Source: Macrostomum lignano
Taxonomy: Eukaryota
Reading direction: 5' to 3'
Assembly (NCBI GenBank): GCA_002269645.1
Contig: NIVC01000640.1
Span: forward strand, 434,001-498,000
Length of the DNA stretch: 64,000 nt
Every line of letters begins with the position of its first letter. Within the stretch, counting starts at the first letter, position 1. The notes below the pieces were generated by a model. That model was given only the letters and a program-made list of their open reading frames with translations, did no database searches and was not told the DNA's origin. The translations under genes and the position numbers were made by a program. Shown one piece after another: positions 51,601-62,495 of the stretch.

Positions 51601-54600
51601 AACCCTAACGGAGATATGAAGTGTCGGAGATGTGAAGTGTCGGAGATATGAAGTGTCGGAGATGTGAAGTATCGGAGATGTGAAGTGCCGGAGATATGAA
51701 GTGTCGGAGATGTGAAGTATCGGAGATGTGAAGTGTCGGAGATATGAAGTGTCGGAGATGTGAAGTGTCAGAGATATGAAATGTCGGAGATATGAGGCGT
51801 CAGAGATATGAATTGTCGGAGATATGAGGCGTCGGAGATATGAGGCGTCAGAGATATGAATTGTCGGAGGTATGAAGTGTCGGCTTACCCAGAAGGTGGC
51901 CGGCAGGTAGGCAGCGCGGGCCTCGCTGTCCACAGACTGGACTGAGTGAGTCGAGAACGTGTAGATCAGGCCGCTGAAGGCGCCCTTCAAAGTAATTGAT
52001 TTGGGTGGGCAGCTGCTAGAGTGCTTCGATTACAATAGTGCCTTGAAAACCTACTGGCAAACACTCGATGACTGCCAACTAATTGAACGAGAAGGCCTCT
52101 GTCTATCAGGCTAATAACTTATAAAAAGCTGCAATTCGATCAACTGGAAGATTGGATGTTGTAGAAAAGTGTTGTAGACCCGCAGTTAGCAATTCAGCCA
52201 GCTCGAGAACCCCTGACACAGATACGTGCGCAGCTGGCATGCGCTACGACCGGAGTGTACTGCGGCCCTCGCTTCCACCCCTCCCCCTCATTCGAAAGCT
52301 CGGAATTTCACAAGATAGACATTCATATCATCAACATTTCAAGTTTCAAGTACACCAGCAAAACTTCTTGACGGCGTGAAATTTCGAGTTATTAGGTCTC
52401 ATGGGTGTCAGTGCTCGGACAGGATCCCGTCTGAAATTCCGATGTCAGGAAATCCCGATTAACAGTACATTCCTGCTGTTTTCTAATCGTTTTATTTTAT
52501 ATTACTAGATTTAGATTTAGATAATTAGATTTTAATGGAGTGCAAGAAGGAAAATGATGTTCTGATTGTGACTATTTTTCAAATCCCATTCCAACTTGTC
52601 CCGGGATTCCCATTCCGACTTGTCCCGAGATCCCCGTCCCGAATTGTCCCGAGATCCCGTCCGGAATTTTCTCGAGATCCCGTCCCGACTTGTCCCCAGA
52701 TCCCATCCCGACCTTTCCCGAGATCCCGTCCCGACTTGTCCCCAGATCCCATCCCGACCTTTCCCGAGATCCCGTCCCGACTTGTCCCGAGATCCCCGTC
52801 CCGAATTGTCTCGAGATCCCCGTCCGGAATTTTCTCGAGATCCCCGTCCCGAATTGTCCCGAGATCCCCCGTCCGGAATTTTCTCGAGATCCCGTCCCGA
52901 CCTTTCCCGAGATCCCGTCCCGACTTGTCCCGAGATCCCATTCCGACTTGTCCCCAGTCGCACGGCAAGTCGAGGCACGAACCACTAAAGTAATGCGGCC
53001 GCGACCGGAAGTGCTTGACAAACTCGGGTATAGAAGCTGTCTGCATGGCTACAAAGCATCGGCAACCTACCAGAAGCCCGTCCAGGGTGAAGGCGCAGGC
53101 GGAAGCGAAGGCCAGCACGAGGTAGGCGGAAGGACCCTCTTCGCGTCTGTCTTCCAGCTCATCTGCAATGGGTGCAGCAGTGCGGCATTGAGAATATGCA
53201 TGTAGGCTAACCAATAGTGATATCAATTTTCACGGCAAACTTTCAACCATCGATAACTGTACCTTCTTGTTCGGTGCCACGAGAGACCTCCTGGGTCCAG
53301 CCTTCCTTGTAGGACAGGTAGAACATCGACAGCATGATGGGGATCTGCGGTTGCAATTGAGTTGTGTGTAGATTCTTTCTCATCGGTTAGCATAAAATCT
53401 AGCCTGTTATTTACAACCCGACTTTGTCCCTGTCTCCACCTCACTCATTGTCTCTCTACCTCACTCCCTGTCTCTCCAGCCCACTCCCTGTCTTTCCACC
53501 TCACTAATTGTTTCTCCAGCCCACTCCCTGTCTCTCCACCTCACTCCCTGTCTCTCCACCTCACTCCCTGTCTCTCCACCTCACTCCCTGTCTCTCCAGC
53601 CCACTCTCTATCTTTCCACCTCACTAATTGTTTCTCCATCCCACTCCCTGTCTCTCCACCTCACTCCCTGTCTCTCCACCTCACTCCTTGTCTCTCCACC
53701 TCACTCCCTGTCTCTCCAGCCCACTCCCTGTCTCTCCACCTCACTCCCTGTCTCTCCAGCCCACTCCCTGTCTCTCCACCTCACTCCCTGTCTCTCCACC
53801 CCACTCCCTGTCTCTCCACCTCACTCCGTCTCTCCACCCCACTCTCTGTCTCTCCACCTCACTCCCTGTCTCTCCACCCCACTCTCTATCTTTCCACCTC
53901 ACTCCCTGTCTCTCCAGCCCACTCCCTGTCTCTCCACCTCACTCCCTGTCTCTCCAGCCCACTCCCTATCTTTCCACCTCACTCCTTGTCTCTCCACCTC
54001 ACTCTCTGTCTCTCCACCTCACTCCCTGTCTCTCCACCCCACTCTCTATCTTTCCACCTCACTAACTGTCTCTCCACCCCACTCCCTGTCTCTCCACCTC
54101 ACTCCCTGTCTCTCCAGCCCACTCCCTATCTTTCCACCTCACTCCTTGTCTCTCCACCTCACTCTCTGTCTCTCCACCCCATCTCATTCCAGTCTCCAAG
54201 CCAGCCTCCCTGCGCCCACCTGTAGGACAGCGATGACGTAGAACGGATACCGGACGCGAGACAGCATCTCGCCCAGAGCCGGGTCCCTCTGCACAATGTC
54301 GCTAAGTGACTCGGCAGAGATGGCGGACTCCAGCTCCTCGGGCAGGGAGCAGTTGCTCCACTGGCGGAACAGCGGCTTTGACATGAAGCTGCCGATAATC
54401 AGCGGTGACACCAGCGCGCCGACGCTCTGGCTGAAGAACATCGCCTGCAGGAAGGGCCCGGAGCTGCCCCTGTAGAGAAAGATCATCTGCGTGTTGCAGA
54501 AGAACTCCAGGCAGCCCTCGGCCAGGCCCATCAGGCTGAAGATGAAGGCCATGCTTGGCAGGCTGGTGCAGAAGGTCACCAGCACGAAGCAGGTGGGCAC

Positions 54601-54640
54601 CAGCACGGACACTGCTGTCATCACAAGATTGGCCGGCACC
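48661..54640 (-). CDS. mfsd4-like: MFS transporter, MFSD4/NaGLT1-like, 5'-partial; exons 54640-54220, 53344-53263, 53162-53071, 51984-51889, 50143-50063, 49993-49846, 49751-49681, 49056-48661
   Basis: Multi-TM segments with family-like motifs: GLAEGCLEFFCNTQMIFLY...FLQAMFFSQSVGALVSPLI, DGLL|GAFSGLIYTF, LPATFW|GFTLIGRLLGI, FFISHCMPALLALTE, FGEAVLPVLM. Phase-consistent GT-AG introns; TGA at 48661. N-terminal exons were not found within the window. Confidence 0.82.
49079..49620. repeat. 71-bp minisatellite containing GAGCCAATCAGG
   Basis: About 7.5 near-identical units in the last MFS intron. Confidence 0.95.
50321..50628 (+). mobile_element. tRNA-derived CORE-SINE, copy 3 (full length, ATTA-repeat tail)
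   Basis: A box TAGTGGTTAAAGC, B box GGTTCGATTCT, CORE segment, tail shared with copy 2, ends CAATTATTAATTATTAAT. Confidence 0.87.
51605..51885. repeat. 16-bp repeat (TGAAGTGTCGGAGATR)n
   Basis: Direct tandem repetition next to the donor at 51888. Confidence 0.9.
52575..52955. repeat. Degenerate repeat built from TCCCGAGATCCCGTCCCGACTTG
   Basis: Imperfect tandem units in an intron. Confidence 0.8.
53425..54180. repeat. 20-bp minisatellite (CACTCCCTGTCTCTCCACCT)n
   Basis: Direct tandem repetition in an intron. Confidence 0.92.
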
Positions 54641-54924
54641 CTGGGCATTGGGGAAGGCAAATCATTCGGTAATTAAGTAGGACGGGGACTTTGTTTCTTA
54701 GAAAAATTTTGAAGGCTGGCCGAGAGCAAAAATGGAATTACCAAGATAGATAATTTTCTTCTTGATTTCAATTTGATCGACTTTGCCAGTGTCATTGCGT
54801 CATTGGTTCGTGCACTAAATAAACATTCGCTTCTTTGCCCCAACGTGTCCCAATATCTAAACGGAAAAAGTACTTTTACAACGACTTCGGGTGAGTCCAA
54901 ATACTTCCACAGCGCTACTGCGCG

Positions 54925-55120
54925 CTTGTGACAATGCGCGATTATGATTCTGCGCACTTTTGATTCTGCGCGCTTGTGACACTGCGCGCTTATGATGCTG
55001 CGCGCTTATGACACTGCGCACTTATGGTTCTGCGCGCTTATGACACTGCGCACTTATGGTTCTGCGTGCTTATGATGACACTGCGCACTTATGATTCTGC
55101 GCGCTTATAACACTGCGCTC
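54925..55120. repeat. 16-bp repeat (CTGCGCGCTTATGACA/GATT)n
   Basis: Imperfect tandem units. Confidence 0.8.
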
Positions 55121-55536
55121 TTCGTACCTTACCTAAATTTGGGAAATTTGACACAGTTAGCAAACTATTGAAGATTTTAGTAAAATAAAACGTAGATGTA
55201 GAATTTCAGCTCTCGCATCTCGTATGGACGTTCTGGACAAAAAATTCTGATTAGAGAGACAGATAATCAGTTTAGAAGATGATGTAGATTCAGCTTCTGC
55301 ACGCACAGACAGACAGACAGACAGAGGGGCTTGCTTACTAAACTCAATTAGGGAAATGGGAAAACAGAGCTATTCAAAGAGTTCCCTCGTATTATGGACA
55401 AGCCGACCCTGTCCTAATCCAGCCCGTCTCACACAGAGTCCGCGAGTCCGAAAGTCATTCAGTTGGGAATTGCGAAATCTTAAAAAGCCGAGTTTTTTCG
55501 ATTTCCATCCTGTCAGAATGAAGCCGAATTGCATTT

Positions 55537-55710
<174 letters not shown>

Positions 55711-55933
55711 AGAGAGGCAACCCAGTCTGTCCTTCAGTGTGTGGGTGTGTGGGATCAAGGAAATTCCGCTATTTAAAGCCCTGGTCTCTGGACCCAGCCA
55801 GTCAGTCTGGCTGGAGCCCATTGTTTGATTTATCCCCAATTCCTTTGTCGGATAAAATTGCAGCATTTTACGAGTGAAGTGGTTGCTTGTACTTTCCTCG
55901 ATAGCGTCTAGAGGTGGCCTGGTAGGTCTTTGA

Positions 55934-55951
55934 ATCCCACCGCTGCCACCA
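55934..55951 (-). other. Primer-binding site complementary to the tRNA-Leu 3' end
   Basis: Minus strand TGGTGGCAGCGGTGGGAT lies 1 nt after the LTR-terminal CA. The plus strand reads GAATCCCACCGCTGCCACCA, the 3' end (with CCA) of eukaryotic tRNA-Leu(AAG/TAG). Confidence 0.85.
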
Positions 55952-55952
55952 G

Positions 55953-56984
55953 TGAAGTACTCTGTTATTCCGGCTACTTCCCTGTCAGTCACGTGAGCTG
56001 CCTACTTTGAGCTCTTGGTAGACTCTCCCAGGAAGTCTTCTAGCAATCCTTGGTAGTGTTGGTAGTGCTGCCACCAGCTCGCTCGGATCTTGTCCTTCGG
56101 TGAGGGAGACTCCGGGCTGAGCGAAAGAAACGAGACACGAGAACTCAGCACGTCGTGCAGATTTGACCGTTTGTACCGGTGCACACCTCGTCAGCGGTCC
56201 TGCCGGGCTCAAGTGTGGGGATGAGGAACTGTGCTAGTCTCTGTTAGTTCGGTTGGGATTTAGCACACTCGAGGACACACAGCCGCAGATGGATCAGAAA
56301 TCAGATAGGTTGGCTAAGGCCTAGCGCAAGCTGCGCTGGACTTCCAACAGAGCAGTTATCAGAAGAATTAACGCACAGGTAAACGAGAGGTTTCACAGAG
56401 GGGGGCGGTTGCCAAACAGAGGCACGAGAGGCCCGTACTTATAGGGTAGCGGATCGATTTCACCATACCGTGCAACACCCCATTGCGCCAGAGTGCGCAA
56501 GGCCGCTCTCACTGCCCCCAATCTGGCGTGAATCAGTTCTATTTTTAGAAACAGGCGCGGAACCCTCAATTTGAGAGGCAAGGACGCCATTCCTAATTTA
56601 GAGCCTGACACCCGAGATTGCACAAGGCAGCGCAAGAAAAGGACAGAGCGCCGGGGCACGTGATCCGCTCCCGTACGGCCAGACAGAGAGTACAGCCAGA
56701 ACTGGCTGGACTCGAGCCAAGAGAACGCAGCCACACAAAAAGGGGGAAGGAGACAGACAAAGAATGAAACAAGGACAGGCTGAGCGGAGAAGCTCAGACG
56801 CTGGGAACGCAAACGAACCGGAAAAAGGGGGGGACAAAAGGGAGCGCAGGCAGACAAAAGGACAACGAGGGAGGGAGAGGGAGAGAGGGAGGGAGAGCTG
56901 CGGCCAGCGGCAGCCAACAGCTCAGGAGGGCGCAGGGCACAGCTGACAAAGGGGGCACCTAACACTAAACTAGTGCTCACTTCA
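55953..56984 (-). mobile_element. LTR (1032 bp) of the Gypsy element
   Basis: Perfect 6-bp inverted termini TGAAGT...ACTTCA. Immediately preceded on - by the polypurine tract GAACGGGGAGAG (56996-56985) and followed by the tRNA-Leu PBS. Confidence 0.8.
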
Positions 56985-57553
56985 CTCTCCCCGTTCAAAT
57001 GATGAGGCGGAGTGCAAGCGTAGCCGCTTTATTTAAAACAAACAAGTTAAATTGTACTTTAACAAAATATAAACTTCGGCGTTAATTTGAGTTTAGGCAG
57101 CATAAAGATGGTAGAGATTGTACCTGAAGGATAAGCATAAAATGCATTAGTGTCGGATTAATACCGGCTGACCTGATTGAATGCAAAACGCGGCAATGTT
57201 AAGTAGGCGAGTTTGCTGTTCGAAATGCGGGCTGACGCCCTACTAAATGCCTATAGCCATGATGGGGGCGTCGGCCCACTAATAGAGTAAAACAAAGGAC
57301 GCCTAAATAAGTTGGTGGGATGCCGGGAGTCAAATGGCAGAGCCCGGGAGAAGGCGCATGCGGCGAGAGGAGAAAATAAAATAATGCAGTTGCGCGCGAC
57401 TTGCGCTTGCCTGGAGGGGGCCCTACCCTCTTTAGAGTTCAAAGTAAGGGCCAGGTTCAGCGTGGCATCAAGCAAAGAGGTGGGTGCGTCCTGGCGACGG
57501 CCGACCCAGCGGCGAGCACACCTGTCAGCGTCAAGGCTACCAGATCGGGCGGC

Positions 57554-60500
57554 TCAGGGCCAGGTGGCCTGGGCGATGCGGTCGGGCAAGTCCGGGACTC
57601 GGCCGGCCATCACACGGGCGATACGGCGGGCCACCGCCCTAAGCACAGCCGGGTGTTCAGGATGGCGGACCGCGGCACCGGCGATGTCCGCACCGTGGTC
57701 CATCGCGGCTTGGCGCTCGATGTCATCAAGAGCCCGCATCTCGGCCCAGATGGGCTCGTTGAAGGAGGGCCATTCGCCATCTTGAGCCGCCGCCACAAAA
57801 CAGCCGGCGAGATGCTCGGCGACGGTGTGGGCTAAGCTGATGGGCACACTCGGTGTCGGCTGGAGGTCGGCGTCATGCGGGTTGGCTGCCTGAATGTATG
57901 CGTCGGCCCTGGATGGGCCCTCAGCCTGGGTGGCGGCATCGATGCAGCGGGGCTCGGCCGGGGAGTTGGGCGGGGCCTGCGGCAGAGCGAGCCGGAGCTC
58001 CTCGGCGAGGTCGCTCCAGCTATACGTAATCTCGTTGGCGTCGCTGAATTCAGCCTCGGAGGTCTGGGTGCCCATGGTCACCGATGTCGGAGCCCTGTTG
58101 GCCCCGGTCACAATCAGCTTTGCGGCCGCTGCTGCAGTTTTACCCGGGGGATCTTCCCGCGGCTGACTGGCGATGGGCTCCAGCGTCTCCGGAGTGGAAG
58201 ACCCAGCCGTAGGGCCGTCTGCACCGAACGCGGCCGCAAAAGCGGCGAAGCTGGTTGGGCCTCCGGGTAGATGCGAGGGCGCGGCCGCCGATGGCCTTGC
58301 AGTGGTCACCGGATCGACAGGTCGTCGGGGATGTCGCTGCCGGTGAGCCTCTGGTCCCGAGCTGTCCCGTGGGTCATCATGACTCTGGTGGCTCGCCGAG
58401 GACCGCAAACGGCGGATCCGGGTAACGGAGTCTTCGCCCGTGAGGTCAATGACCTCCGGCTGCGAGTTCTCCCGTCGCTGGCGATGCCGTCCGCGTCCTC
58501 GGCGACGTCGCGGTCGCGAGGCGTCCCTTGACCGAGGCGTCTCGTCGTTACGGCGTCGGTCCGGCGGCGGCGATCGTCGATTGGGCGGCGGGGACGGGGA
58601 CCGACTATACGGAGTCTGGCCGAGACGCAATCTGGGATGTACGCGCTGGACCCAGGGAGGCCGGGGCGCACTTTCCCATTGGCCGGCAGCCGCGCCGATG
58701 GCGGGGCCAGCATCGGCGGGGCAGAACAGCTGTCTGCGCTGCGCTGTCGCTCGCTCGTCGGAGCTTGAGCGGTCCGTTCGCTTTGGCGGGCGAGATTGGT
58801 GCATTTCTGCGCTGAAATGGTTGAAATTTTGTGTGCGCATGCGGGCGGTGCGACTAGCGTACGTTTGCGCCCTAGTGTCGCTAATAAGAAGCCTCTCTGG
58901 AGGCCTACGATCCCTAGCTAGCCTACCGAAACCTACAGGCTCTACAGGCGCTTCCACCGGAGTGGTGCATGGCGATGGTACACGAGACTGTACCGCAGAA
59001 AAAGGTTCGGGGGGAGTAGGGACATGGACGGGCGAAAAGGAAGCAGCAGGCACAGATGCATTAGAAACAGGCTCACGCAAGTGGCATTCACCATACGGCA
59101 CTGGCTCACGCCGAAGTGCACTTGCCTGGTTCGCTGGTGTCGTGTTCGGTCCACCTCCTGGCTGCACCTCCGGGATTGCCAGAGGCCGGAAGTACCACCA
59201 GAGAGCCGGCCTCACATCATCGTCCTCGTTGTCATCGGGATCTTCGAGCTCTTCCTCGGGAACCGGTGGCAGGGTCGCGGGTCCTGCACCGTCAGGATCA
59301 TCTGGCTGCCGTCTGCGCTTCTTCGCCTTCTCGACTTCGGGATCTGAAATCATCGCGTAGTCAGCGTCAGGAACGTGGAGCAGGTTGCGGCGATGAACAA
59401 CAAGTTCATCCCGTCGGGCTCGCGGGTTGGGCAGTCTACGGCGAATCTTGTAGACTACCTCGCCTTTGGGTTTTACGACTTCGTAGAGTGCTTTGCGGGG
59501 TCGATGAAACTTCGCCGCCTCGTCCGGTTCGAGCACCGGGTTGTTGAGGAAAACTAGGTCACCGGGCTTGAGCTTCTTGGCCTTCGGCAGGTTGGAGTAG
59601 TGCTCGTCTCGAAGTTGCTGATGCAGATGCAGGCGTTCTTTAGCTAGCTCAGTCGCTTCGTCTAATCGGCGCTGGAAGTCCTTGACATAGTCGGGCAGAT
59701 CGGCATACTCCGGCAGCTTCTTGATCGCGTTGTCAATCGGCAGTCGGAAGTCACGGCCAAACACCAGGTAGTGGGGCGTGAATCCAGTCACCGGGTGTAC
59801 ACTGGAGCGGAGAGCCATCAGGCAGGCTGGAAGGAAGGTGTCCCAGTCGTTGTGGTTTCGCTCGAGGAGGCAGGTGAGAACGCTCTTCAGCTGCTTGTTG
59901 AGGTTCTCGACTTGACCATTGGAAGCTGGGTTGTACGGAGTTGTTGTAGTATGTCGAATGCCAAACAGGTTGCAAAACTTCTTGAAAGCTGAGCCAGTGA
60001 AATTGGTTCCTTGATCAGTGTGTATCCAGCATGGTACACCAAAGTCAGGGATCAAGCGCTCCTGCAGGATCTTGATGACCGTCTTGGCTTTCTGGTTCCT
60101 CATCGGATAGGCGAACGGGTACTTCGACGTCGCGTCGCACAAGGTCAATATGTAGCGGTTCCCACTCTTGCTCCTCTGGGCAATAGGGCCTACTACATCG
60201 CAGTGTACTCTTCCTAGTACTTCGCAGACTGGGAAGCTTTGAACTGGAACTTTGTCTCGCCTTCGCGATTTGCTTTCGAGACAGGCACGGCATCTGCTGA
60301 TAAAATTCTCGGTGACACGGGCTAATCCGGGCCGCCAGAATCGTTCTCGCAGTCGTTTCAGCGTTTTTGTCTGGCCTAGGTGTCCACACAGTGGCGAACT
60401 GTGGAGCTCCTGGAGCACCTGGGCATCGAGGGCTTCGGGCAGGACAACCTTCGGGGACTGCTGGCCATCAGTCAGGTCGATCATCAGCAAGTCGTCCTCC

Positions 60501-61303
60501 ACTCGCAAATTCTCAAAATAACCGAGCAGGTTCCGCTGCTCCTTCGACAGGCGCAATCGGGCATCAAACTCTGGCTTCGGGGCTTCGTTCTTAACCAGAT
60601 TGAGCACGTAGCTGATAGCTCGGTCGGCGCGCTGCGCGTCGACAAACTGTTGCCGCGTCATCGGCAACCTCAGAAAATCCGTGAGCACAGCGCGGCATGG
60701 CTGAGGGGTCATGACTCCCGCAGTCTCCGCTTCGGTGGCTCGCCGTTGATCACGCGACTCCGTCTTGTCGGCGTCAGGATTAGGTCGCTCCGAGGGACTT
60801 TGTCTCACAACGTCGGCGTACGATCGCTGATCCCGTTTCGAAGTTCTCATCGTCGCTCTCTTGACAGGAATTTCTGCAGCTGGAGCAGTGCACTTGCCTC
60901 CACTGCACAGCCCAGGCGACTCTTGGCTGTAGGGCGAGACGCAACACGTGAAGCACGCCTCGTCGCAGGCAGCCGTAGCCGTCGGCTCGATCATCGTCGT
61001 CATTGGGTGAGTCTTCTCCTGCACTGGGCGGTGTCGCAAAGGGGGACTCGACTTTCCGCACAGGCGATGAGCAGCTGTCTGTCGGCTCGGGGGACAGAGC
61101 GTTGACCTTGCAGCCGTCGCGAGAGTCTGGCCTCTGTCAACACGGCGAGAACTCTCAGCGCAAAACTCCGGGGAGTTGAACTTACATTGCTGGTCTGGAT
61201 TCGCGTTGTGGGCTGTCATCAGGAGGGCTGCTTGTTCAGTGGCCTCTGAGTCGTGGTCCATGGGCGTCCAGGTTCCGAGATCCGCAGTCTTGGACATCAT
61301 CAA
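57554..61303 (-). CDS. Open 1249-codon ORF: pol tether + integrase + in-frame ~416-aa accessory ORF (from ATG 58804)
   Basis: From the ORF track. Intact HHCC and DDE motifs. A typical integrase tail RLARDRRPPERL near 58900 is followed by a further 416 codons. Confidence 0.8.
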   Translation of the reverse strand: MMMSKTADLGTWTPMDHDSEATEQAALLMTAHNANPDQQCKFNSPEFCAESSRRVDRGQTLATAARSTLCPPSRQTAAHRLCGKSSPPLRHRPVQEKTHPMTTMIEPTATAACDEACFTCCVSPYSQESPGLCSGGKCTAPAAEIPVKRATMRTSKRDQRSYADVVRQSPSERPNPDADKTESRDQRRATEAETAGVMTPQPCRAVLTDFLRLPMTRQQFVDAQRADRAISYVLNLVKNEAPKPEFDARLRLSKEQRNLLGYFENLRVEDDLLMIDLTDGQQSPKVVLPEALDAQVLQELHSSPLCGHLGQTKTLKRLRERFWRPGLARVTENFISRCRACLESKSRRRDKVPVQSFPVCEVLGRVHCDVVGPIAQRSKSGNRYILTLCDATSKYPFAYPMRNQKAKTVIKILQERLIPDFGVPCWIHTDQGTNFTGSAFKKFCNLFGIRHTTTTPYNPASNGQVENLNKQLKSVLTCLLERNHNDWDTFLPACLMALRSSVHPVTGFTPHYLVFGRDFRLPIDNAIKKLPEYADLPDYVKDFQRRLDEATELAKERLHLHQQLRDEHYSNLPKAKKLKPGDLVFLNNPVLEPDEAAKFHRPRKALYEVVKPKGEVVYKIRRRLPNPRARRDELVVHRRNLLHVPDADYAMISDPEVEKAKKRRRQPDDPDGAGPATLPPVPEEELEDPDDNEDDDVRPALWWYFRPLAIPEVQPGGGPNTTPANQASALRREPVPYGECHLREPVSNASVPAASFSPVHVPTPPEPFSAVQSRVPSPCTTPVEAPVEPVGFGRLARDRRPPERLLISDTRAQTYASRTARMRTQNFNHFSAEMHQSRPPKRTDRSSSDERATAQRRQLFCPADAGPAIGAAAGQWESAPRPPWVQRVHPRLRLGQTPYSRSPSPPPNRRSPPPDRRRNDETPRSRDASRPRRRRGRGRHRQRRENSQPEVIDLTGEDSVTRIRRLRSSASHQSHDDPRDSSGPEAHRQRHPRRPVDPVTTARPSAAAPSHLPGGPTSFAAFAAAFGADGPTAGSSTPETLEPIASQPREDPPGKTAAAAAKLIVTGANRAPTSVTMGTQTSEAEFSDANEITYSWSDLAEELRLALPQAPPNSPAEPRCIDAATQAEGPSRADAYIQAANPHDADLQPTPSVPISLAHTVAEHLAGCFVAAAQDGEWPSFNEPIWAEMRALDDIERQAAMDHGADIAGAAVRHPEHPAVLRAVARRIARVMAGRVPDLPDRIAQATWP

Positions 61304-62495
61304 GGAGGTCTACGTCAGCAGTGGCCTCCGAGGTTTTGTCCGGGCGAATCTCCAAGTAACAGCAGTCGGCGTGGGCGTCGCTGCGGAGGGCTGAGGGGTC
61401 AGTGGCCTCCGGGTTGGTGTCCAAACCGGTCTCCAGGCGTTGACTGCAGCGATGGTCGTCGTGCTGAAGGGCTGCTGGCGCGGTGGCCTTCAGGTCTTCG
61501 GCCAGGGCAGTCTTGGCCTCCTTGTTGCGAGTGCGGACCTTCTTCGAAAGGGCTGGTCTTGCAGTGGCCTTCCGGGTGGTGTCCAAGTCCGGCTCCAAGC
61601 TGGTGTCATCATCGTGTCGGGCTGCAGAATCGGGATGCTCAAGCAGCCGGCCGTGCTCAAAGTCGACCGGTGGTGTCTCCGGGCGTCTTGACAGGGCGTC
61701 AGCGTTGGCGTGGTCCTTGCCTTTGCGATGGTGAAGCTGGAAGCGGAACTCGCTCAGTCGCTCAATCCAACGGCCCAAGATGCCTGTGACCTGCGTCTGG
61801 TTCAGCAGCCACAGCAAGGCTCGATGGTCAGAACGAACTTCAAACTTCTTGCCAATTAAATAATGACGGAAATGTCGCATAGCGTCCACGATTGCAAGCA
61901 GCTCTTTCTTCGTGACCGTGTAGCGCTTCTCAGGATCACGAAGTTTCCGGCTAAAGAATGCAATTGGACGCTCGACGCCGTCGGATTGCCGTTGTCCAAG
62001 ACAAGCGCCTATGCGAATGTCTGAGGCATCAGTGTCTAGGACAAACTTCACGTCAGGATCTGAGTTAAACTCAGGCAGAGCGAGAACTTCAGTCGAACAC
62101 AACTTCTTCTTCATCGTGTCGAACGCTACCTGGTGCTCATCAGTCCAATGCTGCCGCAGGCTGCCGATGTCCTTTCGAGTCAGGGCATGCAGCGGCGCAG
62201 CAAATCCAGCGTAGCCGTTGACAAACTTGTGGTAGTAATTGGCGAGGCCTAGGAATTGTCTCAGTTGAGTAACGGACTGTGGCACGGGCCAATCACGGAT
62301 CTGCGCAATCTTGTCCTCACAGGTCTTCAGGCCGTCGGGAGTCACGACGTGGCCTAGATAATGCAGCTCCTTGAGGAACAAATGGCACTTCTTCGGCTTG
62401 ACCTTGAGGTTGGCTGCGATAATCCGCTGGAGTACAGTCCGCAGGTTGTCCAGCTGCTCCTCGAAGGTCACAGAGTGCACCACGATGTCATCCAT
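61236..62495 (-). CDS. RT thumb/connection and RNase H segment of Gypsy pol
   Basis: MDDIVVHS...KPKKC...YLGHVV...LRQFLGLANYY...FVLDTDAS...RPIAFFSRKL...KKELLAIV...SDHRAL...HRKGKDHANADALSR. Confidence 0.9.
   Translation of the reverse strand: MDDIVVHSVTFEEQLDNLRTVLQRIIAANLKVKPKKCHLFLKELHYLGHVVTPDGLKTCEDKIAQIRDWPVPQSVTQLRQFLGLANYYHKFVNGYAGFAAPLHALTRKDIGSLRQHWTDEHQVAFDTMKKKLCSTEVLALPEFNSDPDVKFVLDTDASDIRIGACLGQRQSDGVERPIAFFSRKLRDPEKRYTVTKKELLAIVDAMRHFRHYLIGKKFEVRSDHRALLWLLNQTQVTGILGRWIERLSEFRFQLHHRKGKDHANADALSRRPETPPVDFEHGRLLEHPDSAARHDDDTSLEPDLDTTRKATARPALSKKVRTRNKEAKTALAEDLKATAPAALQHDDHRCSQRLETGLDTNPEATDPSALRSDAHADCCYLEIRPDKTSEATADVDLLDDVQDCGSRNLDAHGPRLRGH

Noticed and set aside
55932-55951. tRNA-Leu gene fragment
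   Set aside because: Only the 3' 18-20 nt including CCA are present, directly next to an LTR end, so it is a PBS.
55740-56212. Penelope GIY-YIG-like fragment (FLGESTKSSK...NHFTRKMLQ)
   Set aside because: The region resolves as LTR U5, a tRNA-Leu PBS and leader of the Gypsy element; the protein resemblance was superficial.
57000-57470. Alternative LTR TGATG...CATCA
   Set aside because: No PPT at its start on the element strand. The 55953-56984 candidate has a PPT, perfect 6-bp termini and a PBS.
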